Assembly: GCF_963921235.1 (NCBI RefSeq)
Contig: NC_086107.1
Coordinates: forward strand, 106,332,001 to 106,396,000
Origin: Mobula hypostoma
Taxonomy: Eukaryota
Length of the DNA stretch: 64,000 nucleotides
Direction: 5' to 3'
Under the pieces are notes generated by a model. The model worked only from the letters and a program-made list of their open reading frames with translations. It searched no databases and was not told the origin of the DNA. Position numbers and translations under genes: made by a program. The stretch's first letter is position 1, and each line of letters begins with the position of its first letter. Of the stretch, positions 48,330 through 62,194 are shown piece after piece.

Positions 48330-49018
48330 CAGCATTCTGGTAAACCTCTTCTGCACCCTCTCCAAAGCCTCAACATCCTCCCTGTAGTGAGGCGACCAGA
48401 ATACTCCAGATGGGGCCTAACCTGAGTTAGAGAATTAGTTAAATCCGCTCCCTCCTCACCTTCTTTCCCCACTCACACTGATCTCTCTGTCCCCTTGGAA
48501 ACAGTTTTTTTCCTGCTATTTTAGTAATAGGGGGAATGAAAGGAAACCGTGCGTGTGGCAGTGGGGTGGAGGGAGGCAGGGAAAGCAATGGGAATACGAT
48601 TAAGCAGGTTCAAAGAGCTAGCACAGGCCTGAGTCGAATGACCTCTGCCTGCTCTGTATGGCCGCAGAAGCCCACAACAGTCTGATATTACATCACTCTG
48701 GGTTCATCTGAAGTTCATAAGCAGCTTGAGTGTGGGACTTGTGATTTACCGCGATGTCACACGAACCTCGCTTCACAAAGCTGCATTGTGCGCTCCTGCT
48801 CTCGAAGTGCCTCTCCCTTTGCGATTTGCATATCTCCATGGAGTTACCATGGAATGCCATGTCAGTGCCTGTGTGGCGACTGTCTCTGGAAAACATGAAA
48901 TAGTGACTCAGCACAGGCGAAGTGTAGCACAGTCGAAGCCAGGCTCACTATCGCGTCATTTTAAAGTCATTTCTGCCCACCTCCCCCCACCCCCGCAATC
49001 AAACTCTGTGTCAAAACA

Positions 49019-50005
49019 CAGTGGATTCTGGTTAATTAGGCCATCGGTTTAATGGGGCAGCCGCTTATTTGGGACAACTCTTAAAGAATGAAGACTCATT
49101 GAGAAAACAGCCGGGATTCCCTTCGTTTATCTGGGACATGATCCCGCTTTATCCTGCCCCGCTGTCTGTTAAGAGTTTGTACGCTCTCTCCGTGACTGCG
49201 TGGGTTTCCTCCCACCGTCCAAAGACAAACCAGTTGGTAGGTTACTTGGTCATTGCAAATTGCCCCATGATTAGTGTAGGGTTAAATCGGGGCTTACTGT
49301 GTGGCGTGGCTTAAAGGGCCGATTCCACGCTGTATAAATGAACAATTAATCAATTAATTAATTGGACAGGAGACTGTTGCTGAATGGGTTTTAACTAGCA
49401 TCAGTTGCATGCACTTGTGTGGCTGTTAGACACTACACTGCGCTTAGAGTGAATGGTTTTTAGATCACATCAATTGCGTGCGTTTGTGTTCAAAAGCAGC
49501 AATTTTTGTCACTGTTTGTTAGAAATAAGCAGTAAGACAATTCAGAACTGTTTTGCTCACTGCAGCTTCAAGCATTCAGGCTTGGAGATGCCAGAAGCGG
49601 CCGGGAGAGAAAATGAAGCAACTACTTCAACAAGTTAGGAACTACGAATAATTTGAAGGTATCGACAATCATCTTGAATGTGACGGTGAAAATGAGGATT
49701 TGGAGGATGCAATCATCGATAGTATTCTACGAAGGCAGTCCAATAGCTATACTAGGTGTCTGCATTGATTTTGTTCATTGCACACGCTGGATGAATTCCT
49801 CTGTCGACAACTATTAGGAACTAATACACAGTTTTATAGTACTGTAGTGCTATTGGTAGTGTTCTAATTCATTATGTATTTCATTTAAACATAATTTGTT
49901 ACTCAGTTCGTCTATTTTTTTCGTACCTTTTTAACTATTTCCATGAATTCTCGGCTTATTGGGGCTGCTGCTTCATTGAGACAAATTGCACCAGTCTTGA
50001 TGTCT
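49019..50005 (+). mobile_element. Tigger/pogo-like DNA transposon remnant with a nested V-SINE
   Basis: cagtggattc..ggggcagccgcttatttgggac end motifs and a TIQNCFAHC transposase-like remnant. Confidence 0.5.
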
Positions 50006-50048
50006 CTGCTACAATCTTTTCAGCTGAATGGGCATCTTCCCTCTCGCA

Positions 50049-50142
50049 CAGAGGTCCCCAGCCTTTTTTTTTAATGCCATGGACCCCCCCTACCATTAAC
50101 CGAGGAACCAAGGTGTCTGTGTATTCCAGATTGCGAATCCCT
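50049..50142. mobile_element. hAT MITE (same family as 13283 and 59202)
   Basis: TSD ctct(c/a)gca and internal atgccatggacc shared with the family. Confidence 0.6.
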
Positions 50143-50154
50143 CTCTAGCAGGTT

Positions 50155-50605
50155 AGGACCATAAGATACAGGAGCAGAATGAGGCCATTTGGCCCATTGA
50201 GTCCACTCCACCATTTCATCATGGCTGATCCATTTCCCCTCTCAGTCCCAACCTCCTGTCTTCTCCACATATCTCCTCCCCCGACTAATCAAGATTCTAT
50301 CAAACTCTGCTTTACATATACCCAATGACTTGTCCTCTGCAGCCACCTGTGGCAACAAATTCACCACTCTCTGGCTAAAGAAATTCCTTTTCTCCATTCT
50401 AAAAGGACAATCCTCTATACTGAGGCTGTGCCCTCTGGTCTTAACTCCCCCACCATAGGAAACATCTCCTCCACATCCACTCCAACCTCCACTGGGCTTC
50501 AATGAGTCGCCCCTCATTCTTCTGAATTGCAGCGAGTAGAGGCCCAGAGCCCTCAAACGCTCTCCGTGTGACAAGCCTTTCAATCCCGGAACCATTTTCG
50601 TGACG
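50155..50605 (-). mobile_element. CR1 3' fragment
   Basis: ERLRALGLYSL..TRGHSL..NFFSQRVVNL. Confidence 0.75.
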
Positions 50606-52931
50606 GAGAGGATTAGGAAGGGAAGTCCAGAAGAAAGGGTGTGCCAGTCTGGAGACAACTCAGAGTTGTGTGTACATGCCTGAAGATCCAGTTTACTGTG
50701 TCGTTGGGAGAGGGGACGGTATGGTGAAAACACCAGAGCGACAGAGGGAGTATCAGCAGTAACGTACGTTTTTGAACAGTGCTGATGGAATACTGCCCTA
50801 TCAGAGTCGCAGTATTAAACACCCACGTGGTCAGAGGGCCAGTGCAGTGGGAGCACTGCATACTCTGAGTGGCACCAACCTCTGCTAGTCACAGGATTAA
50901 ACATAGAGAAATGGGTGACGGGGTGGCAACACTTCTCCACCAAAAGAGGTGTAAGGCGCTCCTTCCCTCTGCTAGTCTGTAAGTCATCCTTGGGCAAGGT
51001 GCAGCATCTGCTTTGCCCCCCTGATCAGGGTGACATGAACCCACGCGAGCAGTTGGTGCACATCACAAGTCCTGGTTATGTGACCACTGATGCCACGCAG
51101 ACAGTCTCTCAAGAGCATTGATAATCCGTCCGTGGACTCACTTAACATCGCACGCTGTCGGAGCAGTGCTGCCAGGATAATCAAGGATACGACCCACCCA
51201 GCCAACAGACTTTTCGTCCCTCTTCCCTCTGGGAGAAGGCTCAGGAGCTTGAAGGCTTGTACGGCCAGATTTGGGAACAGCTTCTTTCCAACTGTGATAA
51301 GACTGCTGAATGGATCCTGACCCGGATCTGGGCCGTACCCTCCAAATATCCGGACCTGCCTCTCGGTTTTTTTCGCACTACCTTACTTATCAATTGTTCT
51401 ATTTTCTATTTATGATTTATAATTTAAATTTTTAATATTTACTAATTTTTACTATTTTTAATACTTAATATTTGTAATCCAGGGAGTGGGAAGCGCAGAA
51501 TCAAATATCGCTGTGATGATTGTACGTTCTAGTACCAATTGTTTGGTGACAATAAAGTATAAAGTATTGCATGTCACTCATCTTGTTAACGCACTGCTCA
51601 GGCAGAGGAAATAGCGAACAACTACTGTAGAACAGTTTGGCAAGAACAATCATGGTGGAAGACCATGATCGCCTATGTCATACGACATGGCACGTAATGA
51701 CGATGATGGTCAGCAGGCCAGTGCAGAGGGAGCACGACACACTGAGAGGAAGTAAAGAGAACACTGCATTATCAAAGTCTCAGTATTAAGCACTGAAGTG
51801 GTCAGCAGGCCAGTGCAGAGGGAGAGAACACTGCACTGTCAGAGGGACAGTACTAAAGGAGGCCTGTATTGTCACAGACACTGTGTTCAGCAGAGACTAC
51901 ATTTTTAAAGGAACAGGATTGTCAAAACACAATCTTTAACATACCTTTAAACTGAATCCTCATCTACCTCCCCCACCCCACCTAGTGTATGTGAAAGCTC
52001 CCAGAGTTATAATAAGAAAAACAAGTTCCTTCCCAAGTGAGCTGGGGGCCAATTTTATCTCTCAACAAAAGGACACTAGCTGGGTTAACATTTCATGGGA
52101 CCATACCGCTGTCTATAAGGAGTTATGAGTTTGCACATTCTCCCTGTGACCTTGCGGGTTTCCTCCTATGTTCCAAAGATATTCCAAAGGGTTGGCATCG
52201 GAAGCATGGCGACACTTGCGGGTTATCCCCAGCACATCCTCACGCTTGTTGGTCATTGATGCAAACAATGCATTTCAACTCTATGTATTGATGTACAATT
52301 GACAAATAAAGCTAAACTTTTAAATCTATAATCTCTACCTCGCTGGACACATTGTGACACTACAAAAACAAATACTTCGTTAGCTGTAAGGTAGATCTGA
52401 AAGATGTTCTGAAAAGAAAACAAACAACAGCTTTTTTAAAAATAGACTCTCAGCTGACAGCCAAATGAGGAAATGCATCCCTAACATTATGACTAAAGGA
52501 AAGCCAGGGGTTAAGAGGAATTGGGCAATAAATCAGTTTAGAAATGAGCAACTCAAGAGTAGGCATAGTCTATTCTCCCTTGTATTTTGCATGTTCTTAA
52601 AAGGATCCCTTCAGGAAAGTGCTATAGCGCTATTAAAACAAAAACTTAATGCAATTTTAATAGTTTCTTCCCCCAGGCAGATAATCTGATCAACCGTTCT
52701 AGTTGACCCACACCACTCCGTCTAATTATTACCTGGCACTGCATTGTAAACACTTCAAACCACTTTTTATAATACATGCTGGTAGTTATGTATTTATGCA
52801 TATTTTATTCCGTTTCAGTAGTTTAGCTTTTACGTTTATTTTTAAAGATAATTCTTTATAACTGAATGTTGTTTTTATTGTTGCATGTCACACAAACATA
52901 CAACTGCAAATTTCTAACACATGTAAGTATA

Positions 52932-53425
52932 CGGTGGCCACTTTATTAGGTATCCCGGCTCATTACGGCAATCAGCCAATCATGTGGCAGCGACACCACA
53001 GGTAAAAGCATGCCAACATGGTCAAGAGGTTCAGACCAAACAACAGAATGGGGAAGACAAGTGTTCTAAGTGACTTTGACTAGGATGATTTTTGGTGCCA
53101 GACATGGTGGTTTGCGTTTCTCAGAGACTGCAGATCTCTCGTGTTTACAGAGAACGGTGCAAGAAACAAAAAAAATCCTGTGAATGGCGGTTCTGTGGAT
53201 GAAAACGCCTCGTTAATGTGAGAAGTCAGTGAGAATTGTCAGACTGGTTCAAGACGGCAACAGCAACTCATATAACCACACGTTGCAACAGTGGTGCACA
53301 GAAGAGCATACTGGATTGCACAGAATATCGAACCATAAAATGGATGGGCTCCAGCAGCAGACGACCACAAACATATTCTCAGTGGCCACTTTATTAGGTA
53401 TAGGTACCTAATGGAGTGGCCTCTG
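52932..53425 (+). mobile_element. Tc1-like non-autonomous transposon with a degenerate transposase N-terminus
   Basis: TIRs cggtggccactttattagg / cctaatggagtggcctctg, TA at the left end, and remnant MGKTSVLSDF...MGSSSRRP. Confidence 0.75.
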
Positions 53426-53984
53426 CATGTATATGATGAATAAAGTTGATTCTTGATCCTTCTCAGCAGGGGCATAAGCACCAGCAGGCATTCAAACAAT
53501 ATTCCATGATATGCAATCACTTGAGTCCCTTGCAGATTTACAAAAACCTGGTGAGATTAATGTTGGATGGCTGGGCATCCAAATGCTGACTTATTCAAGT
53601 CAGTTTTATTATCTCAAAAGTTACATAAATAAGTTCCTGCCCATCTGATCTGTGTTCATAATTGATCCTTCAATCAACTGCTTAACTGTACCCAGTATAT
53701 CTTGAGAAGTAACGTCTCAGAGGATTGCCATCTTGCTATGGTGGAGAGGCTTGTGAGGTCCTGACACACTGAAGCGACACTGTCTGGAGTTTAGCCTTCT
53801 AAGCAATTAGCTCCTGGTGGGGTCACCCATTGCTGGTAAGATCAAGGGGAAGGTTCCAGACGAAGAGCGATGCAACCAAGACCTCAACAGTGGAGCTGGT
53901 GGATGTTGATGCATCTGGAGTATTGCGTACATTTCTGGCCGCCTCACCATTGAAAAGATGTTGAAGCTTTGGCAAAAGCTCAGA

Positions 53985-54465
53985 ACCATTTTACCAGGAT
54001 ACTGCCTGGCTTAGAGGGCATGTGCTGGATAAACTTTGGTTTGCTTTCTCTGGAGTGGTGGAGGCTGAGGGGAGATCTGGTAGAGGTTTACAAGATTATG
54101 AGGCTTAGATAGACTGGACAGGGAATATCTATTTCCCAGGGTTAAAATGCCGAACAGCAAAGGGCGTGCATTGAAGGTGAGAGAGGGTAGGTTCAAAGGG
54201 GATGTGAGGGATTAATATTTTTTTCACTCAGAGTGTGTTGGATGCCTGGAATGCGTTCCCTGGTATGGCGGTGGAGCCAAATACATTAGAAGCTTTTAAG
54301 AGACGTTTCGATAGGCACATAGATGTAAGGCAGGTGGTTGGATATGGACATTGTGTAGATAGGAGAGATTGATGTTTTGGGTGTTTTAGATTTGCTTTTC
54401 AGCTCGTTCGGCATAACATTGTGGGACGAAGGGCCCGTTCCTGTGCTGTAGCGTTCTATGTTCTA
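53985..54465 (+). mobile_element. CR1 3' fragment
   Basis: Similar to the host CR1 at 47119-47517, with a (tgttcta) tail. Confidence 0.75.
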
Positions 54466-54799
54466 TCACAATAGCAATAAAGATGGAGAAAGGCTACAGC
54501 AGTGAAGATGTCTTGCACTTCATGCCATTTAGACTCTGACCACAGACCCTGACTGTGTGGTGGCTGTCCATGCACCCAGCTCTGCACTTTAAACGAAACA
54601 ATACACAGGCTTTCTCCTTTAAGGGAATTCACCCGAACATCCAGTTTATGTGGACCCTGGATGGGTCTCGAGAGCCACTTGAAAACACAACAGACAACAC
54701 CTTCGGAGAGCATCACGCTCGGCTCGAGTGATCGTAGTACTGAAACAAGGGCAGATTCTCCGTACATATTACAACAGTTGGAATAACGTTATTCAAACA

Positions 54800-57700
54800 G
54801 AAGTTGATTGCCAAGAAAAGTTTAATAGCCAACTTTTCTCAAACATTTTTTTTAATCTTACATATGAAGGCCACAAAAACCAATAGCAATTTCATATTTA
54901 AACAAATTGATGGAAACTTTTACTGAAACATAGGAGTTAGAGCAGGAGCAGGCCAGATGTATCCTGGAACCTGCTCCAAATCAATGTGTATTATTTTCTT
55001 TTAAGTACCACAACACAAAGTAGATGATGATGGTATCTGTCAAGTAGAAATGTATAATTTTATTTTTCTGTGGCCTGAGAATTTTGAAACAAAAGAATCC
55101 TTACAATTACCCAAAACATAGTGTTTATTATACAGCTTAGCAATTTTTCTCCCTCGCAAATACAAGGGGTAAGAAACAGTGACAGGATGGTAATATCACA
55201 GAAATACGTACTGATTTAATTCGTGCCTGCAATCATGCCAGGTTCTGTGTTAGCTATCTTTAAATTTATTTTGATTTCTAAAGTGCAGAGGCAGTAGAGA
55301 TATGCATGTTTGGAGCCCCTGTTGGACATCTGCTGATTGCTCAGGGACCCTATTTCCCTGTTGACTCCAGTTAATGGGGAAAGAGAAACGAAGATGATCT
55401 GGGAACTGCCGAGTCACCTTTCTGAACATATTAACCCTAATGACTGCCCCCTCCTAAAATGAGGGGATCAAAGGTAACCCCAGCATCTAAATCGAGAGAC
55501 TGAATGCTGAGCGCATTTCCTTCCAGTTCAGTGTTATGGTCTGTGCCAATATAAAAGATAAAGGCGTTGACACTTTGGTCACATCCAGAAATGCTGGGTT
55601 TCTGCAACAAAAGACTCAGATTTATAGGCACTACTCGTCAGGCATGTGAGAAAAAACTCCATTACTTAACAGATCTTTTCTTCACACATAATCTTCTTGC
55701 AACAAATTCCTCCAAACCTTACATAAACCGTTCCTACCTCCCACCCCAACATTATCTACAATACCGACTCATCCCATACAGATCACCATTTCCAGTCTGC
55801 AGATATCATCTCCTGAACGTAATCTACTGATACCATCTCTATAACCCATTCAATGTACAGAGATCACGTGCAAAAGAGCTTCCACACTGTGCTCAGAGCA
55901 CACAACCTTCATATTCTGTCTCCAAAGGCTGTCCTTTTTAACCTAATCAATATCACCTCCAGATCGACAAGAAACAAGACAGTACCGTCCAAACTTTCCA
56001 GCTCTCCTAGCTAAAAGGACAAGCAGTAGAAACACCAAGTAAAGGTTGTCCTCCAAGCCACAGACACCGACCTGATAATATCTCACTGTTCCTTCATCGT
56101 CACTGGATCATATTCTTGAACTCTCTCCTCACAGCATAGTCATTACCACACCTCAAGGACTGCAGCAGTTCAGGAGGGCAGGATACCATCACCTTTGCCA
56201 GGGCAATCAAACGCTGGCTCAGCCTGCAAAGCCCCCATTGCTCAAATTAAAATAAACTACACACACACACACACACAAACACACACACTCTTACATGTGC
56301 AAAAGTAGATTCACCCCCAGATTCATTCCAGAAGCTGACAGTGCTAATATGATCAAGTACGAGGAGTCTTCCCATTTTAAGTGACAGTAACATGAGGGGA
56401 AAAAAGGGATTGAGAAGGTATTCAGCTGCAATTCTCTCTTCATTTTCAGCTAAGTTAGAAAAAAAAACCCCTTCAGGAACAGAGTTAGAACAATGGCTGG
56501 TATATGGAACAAATAAACAATCTTCCCCAACGGTAACAAGACCGGGCGTTCAGAAGGTTTTAGTTTTTTAAGGAGGTAAGAGGTTCGATTTGTTAGTATA
56601 AATCCTGTTGTTGAAGAGAGAAAGCATTGACATAATAATGATGATTCCCGGCCAATATGTTTGCTTCAACTAAAACTAGATTGTACCAGCAGCTGATGAT
56701 GAACATCCAGTTCCTCTTGGGCTCAATAGTCCCGAGAGATTTTCAGATTTGGATTTATTGCTACTGTCTAGATGTTGGCTTCTTATTGAAATCTCAATAG
56801 TACAGTTAACCCACTTGTTCTGCTTTTCTCTCTCTCTGCTGCTCCAAACAAGCTTCAATGAAATCTTTTTCGCATCTGGCTGCTTGATCGTTCCTTAACC
56901 TCAAGTGACAATAAGCCCAAATCTTTGAAAACTTCATGAGAAACAAACTAATGACCTGGGTTCATTGCACTGAATCCTGAATGACTCGAGGCCTACACAG
57001 ACACTTGGAAAACACTGTTTAGCTCAACCAGCTGAGTCTAAGCAGCAGCCTTACTCAGGGACTGACTCTACACACTGTTGCTCTGATAATAAACCGCGAG
57101 GTGAAGCGGGGTGAGCGGACAAAATTATTGCTTTCTAGGGCGTTAGCTCAAGGGCATGCAAACATCTCTCACCATTGCTGAGTTTGCTCATCAGAAGCTG
57201 GGTCAGAGAAGTGAACCAAGAGAACTCCCTTCTCCGTGGGTTTTCTTCAAAATACACATTCATTATCTAACCAAATCCTCTGGGTATCTCATTCTATCTT
57301 TAGCTCTCAGTAAACAGAGGCAAATTTATAAAGTGTGAAGTGAAGGAATCACTGGGTTCTTTAAGGTCATCCCTTCTACACTTCACAAGACTGTGAAACA
57401 TTTCAGGGCAACCCAAGGTTGGGAAAGCTACTATAGAAATATACATCTTCTGTGCGCTCCATTTGGATGTTAATGGGAGGGCTTTAATTTAGCTAAATAA
57501 GCAGTCATTTTTGAACCACACAATGCAGTCTTCGTGTGCATCTTGATGCTTTCTCTCCTCTGTCATCTTCTGTCCATTAACGTGTGGGGTCAAGTCCATC
57601 TGGAAGATCAGAATACTGAAGGACAGAGGGATCATGCTTTTCATTGTCCTCTGATCACTCTTGCGACACATAATTTTGCTGTCTACTTGGATAGTATGGA

Positions 57701-59723
57701 GAGGATTTTAGTTTGCAGTCATTTTGGAAGGACACTATCTACAAGTTACTGACTGAAGGACAAGACATCAACTGTGCCAATTCCAGGGAAGCCTATCCCA
57801 GAGTGCCCATGTACCCAGTCAGAGGGGCAAGCCTCATTAAAAACAAAACAATGTCTGTAGCCAAATGTGACTTGACTGATAAGCGTTACTCACGTTCCTC
57901 GATCTTCTGAAGAGATTAGCTTCCACTACTTTCCTCAGCTGTAGACAATAGACATTCAAGGAAATTTGCCCCAGTTGCTACTGGAGAGGCATCTTTCCAA
58001 AATTGCACCATTTAACCAGAATCTTAAAAAGAAACTCAACGTGACCTAGTGAATCCAAATTCACCGAGTCACACTATCCATAGGACAAGGCAAAGCAAGA
58101 CGAAGGGATGATTCTTCTTGCCCTGGATGTAGCCGGACTTGACACCATACAGAATATGGAGGAGGGAAACGCAAGGACAGATCAGGTGTCTGACCTACTG
58201 GCAAACCCTACTAGTGCAAGTATACACCCTTAACCTCTAGAACTATTCCATTCAACCTGCAACTGCAGTGATTCAGCTCTAATATGGCATATACATTTAC
58301 TTAAATTAGATAAAACCTTCAGCTTCTGTGACTTTAGAAACTCTATCAATGGATTGTCAAAACATTTTTTAAGGTGCCAAAAGTGTGCCTAATTGTTCTA
58401 CGCGACATATTATCGCATCTTCCCACATTATTTCGGTAGATGGTAGACCAAGTTATAAGCTCTGATTTTTGTTGTTGACTGTCCTCTGATATGGTTTTGG
58501 GCTTGGGGGTGGTGGGGGGGAATGATAAGCTCTAACCCAGCCCTCCAAGCCAAGATCGGTTGACTTTATACTCTGTGTGGCAGGGACTTAAATCTCGTGG
58601 GGGTACGTAGGGGACCTACCCATCCTTGGAGATGGACGTCACCTAGTGTGAAGTACTTCAAGTAATGGGGCATTTGAATTGCACAGAAAAACTCATAGGC
58701 AGTAACGCACTACACATTTTTAAACAAGCTACAAAGCAGTTAGAAACCCTTTATCAACAGGATCCCAACTGTGCCCTCTACTCTTGACCAGATTGTCAAT
58801 GTGACCACCGAAGTTTAGTGTCCATTTTAAGAAACAAAGAGCCAAAACAATTTAGAACTTGATTTGTCACTAAGTCTGAGTGCAAAGGCCAAATGGACAA
58901 AAAAGGGACAATTTTGGCCAACATAAGCATTCTCCCAGTCATCTATATATTAGTAACACCATTGGCAATAATCTCTTTTTGGTTTCCTAATGTTACAGCA
59001 AGTGTTTAGAAATCTAATCCTTTTTAATTCTCAACTAGAGAACATTAGCAAGCTGTGCAGGGGCAGAAATACAAAATCATGCATCAGCTCTGAAGGTTTA
59101 TCACATTAGTTGTTTTTCTCTCTCATTCTCTTTCCGGAGATGCTACCCAAAAAGCTGACAGCTTGCAGCATCTTCTGTGTTTCTGAGAAAATCCTCCAGA
59201 ACAGGGGTTCCCAACCTGGGGTCAATGGACCCCTTGCTTAATGGGATTGGCCATTGGCATAAAAAAAAAGGTTGGGAACTCCTGCTCTAGAAGGAGCCTA
59301 GTGAGACATTAATGGGAAGGGGAGCATGCTGCTCAATTGAATTTTTGCTTTAATTTAGCCTTGGCCCCAGAGGTCAAGTGTTACCTGGCCTGCCTTAATC
59401 TTGTACTAACTTTTGATATTTATACATAATACACTTTTTCTTTACTAAAGCAACAAGACAAAAACAAAACACTTACTGTCCCTCATCAAGTTTTCCCACA
59501 CAGAGTAGTTTATATATATAATTTTTTGTTTAAAAAAAGCACCAGCTCTTGTGTAGGATACTTTAGGCCACCGAATCATTTTAAGATATGCAGACCTGAA
59601 ATAAAATGTACTTTTTTCCTCTGATAAAATTTTCTTTATGCATTGTGGCTGAAAGTTCAGATCTGTCCATTGAACGCAGAGCTGTAGTGGCTACAAAGAC
59701 AGGTTTGATTGAGATTCCTCGCG
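54800..59723 (-). other. JOSD1: Probable long JOSD1 3' UTR (3' end not defined)
   Basis: Nearly repeat-free unique DNA downstream of the stop codon. Minus-strand AATAAA at 55270-55265, 55129-55124 and 55064-55059, and ATTAAA near 54821. Confidence 0.5.
59202..59284. mobile_element. hAT (Charlie-type) MITE
   Basis: TIR caggggttcccaacc / ggttgggaactcctg and 8-bp TSD ctc(c/t)agaa. Confidence 0.8.
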
Positions 59724-59823
59724 TCAACCATCTATCCTCCAGCTCTGGTGAACTTCCACCTCCTCGCTTACGACTAAGAGAAGTTCACAGTTCTTCCCCC
59801 TTAGCTGGTGTTTCAGGAACTTC
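59724..59823 (-). CDS. JOSD1: JOSD1 terminal coding exon ([32 protein letters not shown])
   Basis: Acceptor tttcaatctttccacag and TGA at 59726-59724. Matches the Josephin-1 C-terminus (human [32 protein letters not shown]). Upstream exons lie beyond the right edge. Confidence 0.92.
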
Positions 59824-61274
59824 CTGTGGAAAGATTGAAAATACAGAATTGGGCATTTGTGGAAAAAGGATTCTCAAGGTTATAGCTGAAACTGGAAAGA
59901 GACTATCACATAATTATTACATCTGCTGCAAATCTCATTTTTGCACTTTATAGTACAATTCCCCCAAAGAGGAAGCTCATATTTCCCCCTCTCTCCAATG
60001 TTTTACATCTCTGGTCTTCACAGACTGATGGGCCAAATGGATCTTGCTGCACTAGTCCATGAAGAGGGCTTGAGCCCAGGAATTGGGAGAGCAGGTTAAC
60101 ATCGCAGCCAAGCACACAACACAGCACGACTAATACAATGAACTCTCTCAACAAACTGCAATCTTGGCGGGTCATAGAACACTGTAGCACAGTACAGCCG
60201 AGTTGGTGAATGAAATGCCCAAGCTGAGCCGGTTAGAGGGTCTCCAGGGTCGGACTTGGCGCATGAACTGCTGGAGCCGAGTTGGTTAGAGAATCGCCCG
60301 AGCGGAGTTGGTCAGTGAATCACTGGGGCCAGGCTTAATGCATGAACCATTGTATACAGGCTCATCAGCCCACAATGTTGTGCCGACCTTTTAACCTACA
60401 CTTAGATTAATCTAATCCTTCCTTCCTAGCCCATTTTTCTATCATCCTGGGGTCAGAGATCCACAGGAGTCCAAGTTGAGGCTGGAGGTCAAAGTCCGAA
60501 GGTTGAAGTCCTTATATCTGGAGGTTGGAGGCCTAATGCCTGAGAGTCTGGGGTCAAGAATTAGAGGTCAGAGGCTTGGAAGAGTCCTGTCCGCAGGTTG
60601 GGGGCCACTCCGTGTGTGAGAGTGGGAAAGGGGCTTGCTCACGGTTGTTTAGTTTTTGTTGCTGTCACTTGCGTTATTCTGCCGAACGCGGCGTCGGAAT
60701 GCACGGTGACACTTGTGGACTGCCCCCAGCACAGCGCTAGGTTGTGTTGGAGGTCGTTGATGCAAACGATGCACATCACTGCAGGTTTCGACGTACATGC
60801 AATAAATAAATCTGTATCTGAATCTGGAGCTTACAGCTGTGGCTGAAAGTGTGCTCTCCACACCTCAGACCCCTCGTTTCCATGATGGAGCATGAATTCT
60901 GCTCCTTGTCTTATCTCACAACCCAATCATCTCTGCCGGCTCACAGCTGATGACAACCACCCTATGATGATTGAACTCTAATGGTCACAAGAGTGCTGAA
61001 CAGCACACTGAGGTGGCCATTACACTTTGAGCCTTGGAACCAGTCAGATATCTGTAGAGGAGAACAGAGCTGAGGGACGGCATCATTGGGTGGGCCTGGA
61101 AGCGTAGCATTTAGTGTACTGCTGTTACAGCTCCGGTGAATTCTGGTCTAATTCTGCTGCTGTCGATGAGCAGTTTGACAACTCTCTCCCAGTAGGTTTC
61201 CTCCAGGTGCTCTGCATTCCTCCCATGTTCCAAAGATGCACGCGTTTGTAGGTTAATTGGTCACATGACTATTG

Positions 61275-61650
61275 AGAGACAATTTCATAGAGGTATACAA
61301 AATTATGAGGGGTATAGATAGAGATAACAGGGTTTTTCCACTAAGGTTGGGTGGGACGACAACCAAAGGTCATGGGTTAAGGATGTAAGGTGAAAAATTT
61401 AAGGGGAACATGAGGGGAAACTTCTTCACTCAAAAGGGTTGGGTGTGTAGAGCGAGCTGCCGGCACAGGTGGTGCTTGTGAGCTCAGTTTCAGTCTTTAA
61501 GAGAAGTTTGGATAGGTGCGTGGATGGTGGCGGTATGGAGGGCTATGGTCCTGGTGCAAGTAGATGGGAGTAGGCAGTTTAAATGGTTTAGCATGGGCTA
61601 GATGGACCAAAGGGCCAGTTTCTGTGCTGTACTTTGCTACGACTCTATGA
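61275..61650 (+). mobile_element. CR1 3' fragment
   Basis: aggggaacatgaggggaaacttcttcactca with a (gactctat) tail. Confidence 0.7.
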
Positions 61651-61969
61651 CATGGGTGTAACTGAGCTGCGTGGGCTTGTTGAACTGGAAAGGGCTGTTA
61701 CCGTGCTGTTATCGCTAAATTTTTAAAACTCCTCTATTGATAAATGGCCATTCAAGATAGCCAGCTGTGCTTGTAAAGTAACTCATTACACAAAGCACAG
61801 TTAAAAGCTACACAATGGTATATTAGGGGAGGAGACTGGGATGGCTGGTCAGTTACCGTCCTACCATTAGCGATCAGTGCATCTATCTCACTGGCTCTGC
61901 CACCGCTTCTGGTCACGGAGTGTTGACGCAGGACTGCAAGCTCGTGGCCATCGCAGAGGTTGCCATGGA

Positions 61970-62194
61970 GAATGGTTTAAGGATAAGGATTAGCTTTTAG
62001 TTGTCACACGTACATCGAAACACACAGTAAACTGCGTTGTTTGTGCAAATTAAACCTGCAAGGATTGTGCTGGGCAGCCACCATGAATGGTTTAAGGATA
62101 AGGATTAGCTTTTAGTTGTCACACGTACATCGAAACACACAGTAAACTGCGTTGTTTGTGCAAATTAAACCTGCAAGGATTGTGCTGGGCAGCC
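61970..62194. repeat. Perfect 110-bp direct duplication of a SINE 3' end
   Basis: 61970-62079 is identical to 62085-62194. Confidence 0.85.

Noticed and set aside
57894..57938. 45-nt minus-strand segment bounded by AG and GTGAGT as an extra exon
   Set aside because: The polypyrimidine tract is weak, the peptide is not recognizable, and it lies in the probable JOSD1 3' UTR.
59606..59953. 115-aa plus-strand ORF
   Set aside because: It is antisense to the JOSD1 last exon and has no recognizable homology.
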